Positions 1-8,599 of a stretch of DNA of 20,000 nucleotides are shown in pieces. The stretch lies in contig JABLTG010000113.1 of assembly GCA_016618085.1 (NCBI GenBank), positions 45,815 through 65,814 on the forward strand. The letters are read 5' to 3'. The stretch is from Neovahlkampfia damariscottae (Eukaryota). Both the position numbers and the translations under genes were made by a program. The notes under the pieces are model-generated. The model saw only the letters and a list, made by a program, of their open reading frames with translations. It did no database searches and was not told the origin of the DNA. Within the stretch, counting starts at the first letter, position 1, and each line of letters begins with the position of its first letter.

Positions 1-53
1 TTTCAAAAATATGGAATTCTAAACCATGGAGTAGAATAATAAGTGATTAAACT

Positions 54-684
54 TTATTTTGATGTTGATCCTTTTTCTCTTTCACGGATTTTTTTTTGAA
101 TTTCTTTTTCTAAATCTTTAGCAAAACCTAAAAAGAACAAATATTCTAACATAACAAATATTGGAGCAATAAATACTTGAAAAAGATTATCCATAAGAGC
201 AGGTCTTTTTCCTTCAAATACACCATGACCAACAAATTGAATACCCCAACCAACAACTTGAATAGCAATACAAACATACCAAAAGTTTTCAGCACTGATT
301 ACATGTTGTTCAAGATAATTAGCACCAAGGAAGAATACAAACATTTCAATATTCATAATGATCTATAACTGAGTAAGTTTTTTTTTTTTTTCACCCCAAT
401 TTGAAGATTTAAAGCAAGGTAGTAAAAAACCAAACAAACCATAAGTACAAATCCAAAGTTAGTAGCAATTAAAGGATATGGTTTTAAGAATTCTGTCACA
501 AATGGAATTGTCATTGGAATTTTTGTAAAGATTAATAAAAACCCAAAAACTAAAGTTGGAACAAAGATGAAGTGGATAAGTTGATTACTATGAAGATTTT
601 AAAGTGTCTGTTTTCATCTTACATTGGGTTTTTGTGGTATTCATAATAGTTGCAAAATTGATCTGCTAAACTGAAAACTGCCAT
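54..684 (-). CDS. MPO1: Mpo1/DUF962 (YGL010w-like) ER membrane 2-hydroxy fatty acid dioxygenase, ~187 aa, 3 exons
   Basis: ATG at 684; GT-AG introns 588-622 (35 nt) and 363-394 (32 nt) give an open frame. Family motifs are present: N-terminal YYEYHKNPxNQLIHFIFVP, and C-terminal GWGIQFVGHGVFEGKRPALMDNLFQVFIAP. Hydrophobic segments lie between them. Confidence 0.9.
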
Positions 685-714
685 TGACTCAAGTTTCTAA
701 TAGGTGTATCATAT

Positions 715-837
715 GATTGGTTGAAAAAACTGCACATTTTTTCTCAAAACTGAGGTGAATTTTTTAAATTAAATTTCGAGATTTGAACATGAGATTTGAA
801 ATAAAATTCTACTTAAAATTTGAAGTATGTTCATTGG
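715..837. promoter_or_regulatory. Divergent promoter between MPO1 and PARN with two CCAAT boxes
   Basis: GATTGG at 715-720 (~30 nt from the MPO1 ATG) and ATTGG at 833-837 (~30 nt from the PARN ATG). Confidence 0.5.
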
Positions 838-866
838 TCAACGTTTTTTTTCAATTCAACAATAAA

Positions 867-2687
867 ATGGATGTTACTATTGAAAATTTTGAAGATGTTT
901 TGAAAGAAATTGAAGAAAAAATACCAAATTGTTCTTTTGTCTCAATGGATTGTGAATTCACTGGTTTGGAAAAAAGGTAAAAAAAACAAAATCAAAAAAA
1001 TTAAAAAACTTCAAGCCCAGCTGATAAAGTAAAACGTTTAGACAGACTTGAAGATAGATATCAAAAAGTAAAAACTTCAGCTGAAAATTTTGCTCTTATT
1101 CAATTCGGACTTTGTCTTTGGATGAAAGAAGAAAAAGAAGGAAAAATAGAAAGGTAAAAAAAACCACATCTTATCTAACAACCACAGTTTTATTGCAAAA
1201 CCTTACAATTTCTACATTTTTAGAAGAGGTAAAAATGCAGGTTGTTTTACTTGTCAATCAAATTCAATGGAATTTTTAATCAACAATGAAATGGATTTCA
1301 ATAAAGTTATAAATCAAGGTAATATGAATCTAACAGATTAATTAAATTTAAAGGCATAACGTTTTGTAACAAAGAAGAAGAAGAATTCATCAAAAATTCT
1401 GAACTTGCAAAAAAAACAATGGTTCAAGAAAAAATGGATTTATCATCAATCAATGAACCTACTTTACAAATTGTAAATCAAAATAAGTAAATATCAAACT
1501 TTTTTATTGTTAATTTTCTGAAAATAGAAAAATTGTTAAAGACTGGTTTGAAAACAGTTCAAAAGAATTTTTGGATTTAGAACCTTGTAATCCTTATATC
1601 AGAAGAATATTATATCAAGAAATACCAGAAATAGTTTCTTCAACAAAGATTAAAATGACATCTGAAAAAGATAAAAAAGGAAATTTTATCAGAGTGAAAA
1701 GAATAACAGGTTTCACAGAAACAGTAGATGAAGAAGTAAATAAAATACTAGATAAGGAAGTCGGATTCAGTAAAATCATCAAATTGTTCGAGAAATATCA
1801 ACCAATAATCATTGGACACAATTTTTTGTTAGACATGGCACATGTTTTTCATAAATTTTTAAAACCATTACCACCAACACTTAAAGAATTCAAAAAAGAT
1901 ATATTAACATCATTTCCAAGGTAAATGAAGAATTTTTAACATAATTATTTTTTTTAGGATCATTGACACAAAATACATCACAGAAAATTATTTACCATTG
2001 AAAAATTATTTCTCAAATACAAGTTTAGAAGAAGTTTTTAAAACAATTAGAACACATTCTGATTTTGAAAATTCAATTGAGTTGAACATGGAAGAAGATG
2101 AATATCACTCCTCAGATAAATTTCATCAAGCTGGTTATGGTAACTTTATATAAGATTATTTTAAATATTCTGAAATAGATGCTTATATGACAGGTTTTAT
2201 TTTCATTAAAATGTCCGAATTCATTGGTAAAGAACGTGATAAAATTTTCACTGATTTAACTTCAATTGATCATTTAAAAGATTTCAAAAATTACATGAAT
2301 GTGATGCAAAATGATTCTTATATTTGTCTAGATGAAGAAGAGAATCCAATTCAAGACAGATCAAATGTTTTTTATGTCACTAATTTTCCATCAAAAAATG
2401 TTAAAAATGATGATATTCGAAAATTATTCAAAAAATATGGAAGGATTAAAATTGACTGGATAGATGAAACTTCAACATTTGTAACATTAGATGATAAACA
2501 AAAATCTATTGAATGTTTAGAAGATTTGGCATCCATTGATACATACAGAGTAATTCCATATGATTTGCATCGTAATCCAATCATTCCTCAATCATCATCC
2601 AAAAAGAGAAAAAGAATGGTTGAAGATAAAGAAGAAGAACAAATCTTTAAAAAAAAGAAATCAGAATCTCAATGTATTATTTCTTAA
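867..2687 (+). CDS. PARN: Poly(A)-specific ribonuclease PARN (CAF1/DEDD nuclease + R3H + RRM), ~531 aa, 7 exons, C-terminal basic tail + CaaX
   Basis: ATG 867 (MDVTIENF). Introns 977-1015, 1154-1187, 1319-1353, 1487-1527, 1921-1957 and 2140-2178 restore the frame (1596 nt). DEDD motifs: MDCEFTG, GHNFLLDMAH, IDTKY, HQAGYDAYMTG. R3H-like PCNPYIRRILYQ; RRM with IDWIDETSTFV, like the PARN cap-binding Trp motif. Confidence 0.93.
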
Positions 2688-2928
2688 TTTCCAATTAATA
2701 AAAGTTCCTTTTGTGAAAAAAGCAATCAACAATTGAATTCATTTTCAAATTATTCCATTTAGTGGATAAAGGTTTGTATAGCAAAACATCCCATCAATGT
2801 TTTCCTTGTATATGTTGCTTTTTTCTTTCTTTGTTGCTGAGACATGGTTTTATGGATAGATCATTTTATTGCCGAGGTTCAATTTTGAGAATTTGAGATT
2901 GAGAAAAATTTTTTTTTGGTTTAATTTT

Positions 2929-4047
2929 TTAGTGATAGTATTTAAATTTGAAATTTACATCTTGACTTTTTTTCCATGCATTTATACATTGAAACTGTTT
3001 TGTAATTTCTTGAAAGTGTAGATTCCTCTGTAACAAATATTCCCATTTATCAGAAAAGTTACGACTTATTTTGAAATCTACCAAATTGAAATTAAACTCC
3101 AAGTAGTCCATTAATCCTGTAGATGGTGGTTTTAATCTGTTATATGCGAAACAATTCAAACAAGACAATTTCTTGAGTGATTTATTGGTTTTAATAAAAT
3201 TCCCAACACACTCATAACCATCAAGGTTTAATGAATCCATTCTAAATATAGATATCTTATTATTTAAATTCAATGAATTAAAAACTCGATCAATTTCATT
3301 CGTCCAATTTGTCAAGTGATTATGCGAAATTGAAAGTTCCGTCAAAGATTCATTATTTTCAATAATATCACAAATAGTTTGAATACTGTCATATAGTGAA
3401 ATATTAATTTTTTCCAAAATCAAAGTTTTCAAATTTTTCGTTTCTTTAAGGTACAGTTTTGATTCCAATGAGGGAATTGAAGAATGATTGGTCACATTTG
3501 AAATATCCAAATAGGTTACTGAATCAAATTCAAGTAATGCCATAAATAAATCACTTAATTCTTTTTTTGATAGTAAATTATTAGCTACATTTAGTTTTTT
3601 TAATCTCCAATTTTTTTTTAGACTACTTGCAATGATTGAAGCACCATCTGCAATTCTATTTTGAGATAAATCAAGTTCTGTAATTTTTTTGTTATATTCA
3701 ATTATTTCAGCAATAGGATAACATTCATCTTTTTCCAAGTGGATGTTTGATAAATCAAGAATTTTTATACTTTTGTTTTGTTTTATTGATGGAGCAATGT
3801 TTTTCATCCATTTTGCTCCAATGACGAATTTTATGTTTAATTTACAGAGTTTTTTGTTAGTTTCTATGTACTCTTGAAGCATCAAAATTCCATTTGCTCC
3901 ATAATTAATACCAAAATGTGGATAAACTAAAATCTCTTCCGAATTTTTGTTTTCTGCAAAGAACTGGGTTAAATCATCATCTCTTTGTTCCTTTGGTGAT
4001 TTTTTTTCTACAGGTGGTTCTGTTTTTCCGAGTAGCCAGTTGAACAT
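2929..4047 (-). CDS. Ribonuclease-inhibitor-like (NLRC3/CARMIL-type) leucine-rich repeat protein, 372 aa, intronless; paralogue 1
   Basis: Repeated ~28-aa units such as NKKITELDLSQNRI, NWRLKKLNVANNLL and NESLTELSISHNHL. CCAAT box (ATTGG 4091-4095) just upstream. Confidence 0.88.
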   Translation of the reverse strand: MFNWLLGKTEPPVEKKSPKEQRDDDLTQFFAENKNSEEILVYPHFGINYGANGILMLQEYIETNKKLCKLNIKFVIGAKWMKNIAPSIKQNKSIKILDLSNIHLEKDECYPIAEIIEYNKKITELDLSQNRIADGASIIASSLKKNWRLKKLNVANNLLSKKELSDLFMALLEFDSVTYLDISNVTNHSSIPSLESKLYLKETKNLKTLILEKINISLYDSIQTICDIIENNESLTELSISHNHLTNWTNEIDRVFNSLNLNNKISIFRMDSLNLDGYECVGNFIKTNKSLKKLSCLNCFAYNRLKPPSTGLMDYLEFNFNLVDFKISRNFSDKWEYLLQRNLHFQEITKQFQCINAWKKSQDVNFKFKYYH

Positions 4048-4128
4048 TCTTCAGTTGAAGTCTTTTTGATGACGTTGAACAAAGGAGATGATTGGACAAT
4101 AAATAATTAAAAATTTAATGAGTTTTTT

Positions 4129-5256
4129 CTATTTTGGATTTCTAAACTTAAAATTAAGGTTTAGGAAATTGTTCCAGCTTTTAGGGCAATAGAATTGATG
4201 ATTAATTCGCTTTTCTTGACGATTTCTTTTAAGAATATCTTTAATTTTGAATTTGTGCTTTGCTCGGCCTTCATATGTTGTAAAATCAGTTAAATTCCAA
4301 TTTTCGTACATGCATTCGTCAAAATATTTCACTCTATCTTTGTTTATTGGCATCAAGTCGTTCATACTTAAAGTTTCCAATTTGGTATTTTTTTTTATAA
4401 ATTCACCGATCATATAGATGCTACTGGACTCCAATTTCATATTGTCCAACTCTAATTTACGGAGAGTTACATTTTTAGTTAATGCATCTAATATCATTTT
4501 GCATCCCTTTTCAGTGATCGGGTTCGAAGAGAATGAAATTGAAATTAATGATTTGTTGATTTCCAGAGCTTTAGCAATATCATGTAGATTGCTTGAATGA
4601 AGACTACAATTACTTAGATTTAAATGTTTCAAATGTTCAGTTTTTTCAATATAAGCTGCTAAATCTTTTGGTTGATGCATCAATAAATTTCGTGAAATAT
4701 TCAATTTGGTAACAGAATCATTGATGGCTAATTCAGAAGTCAAAGCGGAAATATCATCATCTAACAAGAATACATCACTAACATTTAACGATTTTAACGA
4801 CGAATTTTTCTTTAATGCTTTTGTAATTGCCAGAAAACCTGTGTGATTGATAGTATTCGAGCCAAAGTCTAAACTTGTAATTTTCTTGTTATTTTCCAAG
4901 AGCATAGCAATAGTATTTGATTCATCAACTTCAAAATGACAGTTTTTAAAAGCCAATGTTTTTATATTTCCTGTACTCTTTTCAATTGATTTATAAAACC
5001 ACTTTAACCAATTTTCTCCAATGGCAGAACTAAAAGTGATGGATTTTATGTTTTTATTGTTTTCAATCCACTTTGATATTTTTTCTATGCTTTCTGGTGA
5101 TTCATCAAGTCCGTGCAAAAATGAAGAATTAGGTCCAATAACTAAATCTGTTTGTTTGAAGAACTCTTTCAGTTTTTTATTCACCTTGGTGCTTTTCTTC
5201 AACAAAATCCAGCAAATTACAAACAATGCCAGGCCAACAACAACTGAAGTAACCAT
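4129..5256 (-). CDS. RI-like leucine-rich repeat protein with N-terminal signal anchor/TM helix, 375 aa, intronless; paralogue 2
   Basis: N-terminus MVTSVVVGLALFVICWILL followed by basic residues. LRR units NKKITSLDFGSNTI, NSSLKSLNVSD, NKSLISISFSSNPI and NVTLRKLELDN. Colinear with paralogue 1. Confidence 0.88.
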   Translation of the reverse strand: MVTSVVVGLALFVICWILLKKSTKVNKKLKEFFKQTDLVIGPNSSFLHGLDESPESIEKISKWIENNKNIKSITFSSAIGENWLKWFYKSIEKSTGNIKTLAFKNCHFEVDESNTIAMLLENNKKITSLDFGSNTINHTGFLAITKALKKNSSLKSLNVSDVFLLDDDISALTSELAINDSVTKLNISRNLLMHQPKDLAAYIEKTEHLKHLNLSNCSLHSSNLHDIAKALEINKSLISISFSSNPITEKGCKMILDALTKNVTLRKLELDNMKLESSSIYMIGEFIKKNTKLETLSMNDLMPINKDRVKYFDECMYENWNLTDFTTYEGRAKHKFKIKDILKRNRQEKRINHQFYCPKSWNNFLNLNFKFRNPK

Positions 5257-5365
5257 CTCTGTTCAAAATTTTCAAAATGGAAAAAGCTAAATGATTGGCA
5301 GAAATTTCATCGAATTTTATCCAAATTGGTCGTGACAGATTCAATTCCATATAAAAATTTCCTTT

Positions 5366-6419
5366 TTAATACCCTTTGAAACATACCTCAATTGGAAAAT
5401 TCCAAAATCGAAAATTTATATCCCGAGAATAATCTCAGGTTCTTGTGCATTTGAAATGAGACTTCATCTTCTTTTCTTTTCGATTTCTTTCAAGCACCTG
5501 TTTTATTGTTCTATTCAAGTCAGAACCAAAATTTGTGTCTATAGTTAGGTTTTCCAGAGTAAAGTTTAAAATTCAAACATTCCGCAAGTATTCAAGTGAT
5601 TGCTTGTCAAATCTTTGATAGATTGGAACAAATGAGAAATCAACCAATGATTCATTTTCATGGATGAAATCACCAACAATATGCAAACCATGATCACTTG
5701 ATAAATAATTTCCATTCATCTTTACTTTAATATATTTTTGATTCAGAACTGAAAATATTTGCTTGCATTCTCCATCATGAAGTTTGTTCTTACAAATTGA
5801 GAATGAAGTGATTGTGCTGTTCTTTGACAATCCATCTAAATGTAATGAAAAACTGACTAAACAATCATCTATATGTAGTATTTCAAGTTTTTTTGTATTT
5901 TTAAGATAGGACTGAAAATCAATTGGTAAATTGTTTTGTGGAAATATTAAAGCTTTGATGTTATCATTTTTTACAATGGTATCAAATATTCCTCGCCTGA
6001 TGAATCTATTTTTGGAAGATCCAGCACATTTTAATTTTGTCAAACTAGAACTCATTTTCAATATTTTTTGTAGCTCTAAAAATGATACATCTGAAAGATG
6101 TTCTGAATTGAATTGAAAATCTGATATCGTTTTTGAAAATTGTAAAATCTGAATCTTCCATAGATCTACCATGAAATATTATTGTTTGATTTCTTTGTTT
6201 TTTTTTATTGAAAGACAAATTTTTTTCATCCATTTTTCATTAATTGTGAAATAGAAGGTAATATTTTTGAGGAAATTATTTTCTTCAATAAATTTAGAAT
6301 TTTTTGATCCCATAGCTTCCGAATTGTTTTCCAAAATTCTCTTTTAATTGCAGGACTTTGGTGTTATTGTTCTTTTTTAAGAAACTGGATAAAACAACAT
6401 GTTTCTCATCTTCTTTAAT
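5366..6419 (-). pseudogene. Decayed third paralogue of the LRR tandem family
   Basis: Homology to paralogues 1 and 2 continues across frame changes near 6298, 6185, 6135, 5580 and 5567. Examples: FGKQFGSYGIKK/SKFIEENNFLKNITFYFTINEKWMKKICLSIKKNKEIK, and LERNRKEKKMKSHFKCTRT*DYSRDINFRF. In-frame TGA at 5435-5437 sits at the conserved Trp; no in-frame ATG was found. Confidence 0.8.
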
Positions 6420-6454
6420 GAAAAATCCAATCAGAAAAGAAAAACGAGATTTAA

Positions 6455-6489
6455 CCAGTGATTGAGTTCAACCAAAATGTTTAAACAAC
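6455..6489. repeat. Left arm of imperfect inverted repeat (partner at 7893-7923)
   Basis: CCAGTGATTGAGTTCAAC-CAAAA-TGTTTAAACAAC compared with the reverse complement of 7893-7923, CCAGTGATTGGGTTCAAC-T-TGTTTAAACAAC: 17/18 identity, a small indel, then 12/12. Confidence 0.7.
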
Positions 6490-6549
6490 TGTTTGAATAA
6501 CTTTGTTTAAACAAGTTGAATAAGAAGATAAAAATAGTCAACCAATTGG

Positions 6550-7630
6550 ATGTCTCAAATGTCTCTTATTTCTCCTGGCACACTCAAAAGGATAAAATAC
6601 AACTTATTATCTCTTTCATGTGTTCATTCAACACATGAAACACAGACAAAAGAAATCCTTGAAACTATGTCTATTTTCCAAGAAAACAATTGTCACGTAC
6701 CAACAATTGGGTTACAACCAAATAAAAAAAAAAAATGGTTGGAAAAACAACAATGATGAAGAAATAACTGAGCTTACTGAAAAGAAAGGTATTTGGTTTT
6801 GCCCTTTGTCCATTATAAAGGAAATACAAAGTTCAGAAATATCGGACAATGAACTTATTTCAAATTTTTCTGGACGTGTTATGGGACTTATGTATTTCAT
6901 TTTCATATTTCAACTTTAATTTATGAATACAAAAAGATGTATCCTAATTTTACAATTAGAAGATTTGAAATTTTGGGATCACAAAAAAAGAAAGACAATT
7001 TATATATTTTTTTACACCTGACAAAAATATACAATATGGGACTAAGAACTCTTTGGAAAATTTATTTTTTGATAACATTTTTTTTCATCCAAAGATTGAA
7101 AAAATTTGGGCTAGTCAAAGGAATTTATCACAATATAGATTTTGCTTTTCATTTTTTGGATGAAGATAACTTTTGGGTACCTTTTTTTAAGCTTTCTAGC
7201 CTTGCATCCAATATGTGTTGGAAATGGGAAGAATTGCGAGGAAAAAATCGATGATTCATCAAAAAACAAATCTACTGGAGAAATAATTGGTGATTTGTAT
7301 CTTAATTTTTCTGAAGATATCTTTCCTAATATAATTTGGAAATATGAATACTGCAATATTTTGAAAAATTTCAACCCAAATTTTTCAAGTATTGAACCTC
7401 TCCTTGAGAAAGGATCAACACTCATGAAATATTCAGAAATTTGTTTGGACAAAAACAAAACAATTGAAGAGAGATTTATAAATTTTCTCAAGATTGTGTC
7501 ATCAAGTGCTGTTAATGCATTTCTAAACTCAGAAGACGAACGTTTCTCTGAACATATGGAATCATTTTTTGACAAATATTGGGTTATGAACTTTTGGATT
7601 TTGTTGAAGACAAATACTTCATGGATATAA
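6550..7630 (+). pseudogene. Fragmented coding-like region of unknown identity, inside the inverted repeat
   Basis: Overlapping ORF pieces in different frames (6550-6756, 6620-6919, 6937-7254, 7142-7630) and a possible intron from ~6892 to ~6936. I could not build a continuous frame. The last piece (FLKIVSSSAVNAFLNSEDERFSEHMESFFDKYWVMNFW) faintly recalls CotH-like kinase helices; this is not verified. Confidence 0.4.
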
Positions 7631-7892
7631 TTTTTTATTTCAAATAAACAATTTTATAACTCTGATTGTGGAACATTTTTTTAGTTTTTTAAAAACAGAA
7701 ATGAAAACCATCTGAAGTATTGAGTCAATTTTGATATTTAGTACTTTTTCAACTCACTTAGACAATTCAATGAGCAGTTATTTGAACTTTGTTTTTTAAT
7801 CCGACAAATGGACAGTGATAATTGCATCCTAAAGAAAATTTGTATTTGACCAATAGAAAAATTGTGTTATTTAACGTTTGAACGTTGAATAC

Positions 7893-7923
7893 GTTGTTTA
7901 AACAAGTTGAACCCAATCACTGG
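7893..7923. repeat. Right arm of imperfect inverted repeat (partner at 6455-6489)
   Basis: GTTGTTTAAACAAGTTGAACCCAATCACTGG. It contains the palindrome TTGTTTAAACAA, and TTGTTTAAACAAGTTGAA also recurs directly at 6503-6520. Confidence 0.7.
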
Positions 7924-8132
7924 ATTTAACAACAACAAAAAATTGGGGATTTTTTATTGGCGAAAAAAAAGAGAATCTTTTTATTTGGTTTTCTTTCCTT
8001 AAATTAAAAAATAAAGTAGAGTCCAGTTTTTTCTTGAGTGATCCCACCAATGATTTTTGGGTATTCCACCGAAAATAGTCCAATCAAATGATTTAAATAC
8101 CCAATTATTTTTTGTAACAGATCAACGAACTG

Positions 8133-8438
8133 ATGACAAAAGGTATCAGATCTCTCACCAACAAAGCTCCAAAAGTTAGAAGCTTGAATAGATTCAACCC
8201 ATGCATTGCTAAACCTGCTCAAATAAAAGAAAACGACCACTGTTTAGTCGACGCACCTGAAGAACTATACATCATCGGAAATATCGCCCCAGAGTTATTC
8301 AAAAAAGAAGTAATGGTTATTTCTGTGGACGAAGATGAAGCTAAAGTCAGAATATTGAATAGGGTTGAAATCCTAACAATACCCACTTTTTGCTTGCAAG
8401 TCAAAACAAAAGACAACTTCAAAGTCAAAAATCGATAG
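8133..8438 (+). CDS. Small orphan protein, 101 aa; C-terminal half possibly an SH3/KOW-like beta-barrel
   Basis: Clean ATG-TAG ORF with protein-like composition. CCAAT at 8080 and 8101 upstream, AATAAA at ~8465 downstream. Strand-like pattern IKENDHCLV...KEVMVISVDEDEAKVRIL...ILTIPTFCL. Confidence 0.55.
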   Translation: MTKGIRSLTNKAPKVRSLNRFNPCIAKPAQIKENDHCLVDAPEELYIIGNIAPELFKKEVMVISVDEDEAKVRILNRVEILTIPTFCLQVKTKDNFKVKNR

Positions 8439-8599
8439 TTTTGGTATCCCAGCACCTAATATGAAATAAAATTTTAAAGAATCCTGTAATTGATGTTCAT
8501 TTTCCAATTAATGAATTATCAGTTGCAGGGTTACTCTCGCTTTTGTTCAAACATAAATATATTTTTTTTTTGATATTATTTTATTTTTTTCTTCAATCT

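Noticed and set aside
783..866. 5' extension of the PARN ORF given by the ORF track
   Set aside because: It begins at TTG and overlaps the CCAAT promoter region. PARN homology begins at ATG 867.
2759..2845. 28-codon minus-strand ORF (MSQQQRKKKATYTRK...) between PARN and LRR1
   Set aside because: Too short, with no recognisable motif or splice partner; could be UTR or intergenic sequence.
5435..5437. TGA at a conserved Trp position, suggesting UGA=Trp recoding
   Set aside because: It lies in a copy with several other lesions. Intact genes use TGG for Trp and contain no in-frame TGA, and TGA appears to terminate the beta-lactamase-family gene.
2929..6419. Interpretation of the LRR genes as full NLR receptors
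   Set aside because: No NACHT/NB-ARC P-loop or effector domain is present in or next to these genes; they are LRR-only.
6478..6520. Repeated TGTTTAAACA palindromes resembling CRISPR repeats
   Set aside because: Only two adjacent copies, no regular spacers, no cas genes, and a eukaryotic context.
7111..7575. 154-aa minus-strand ORF
   Set aside because: Antisense shadow of the plus-strand coding-like frame, with no motif support.
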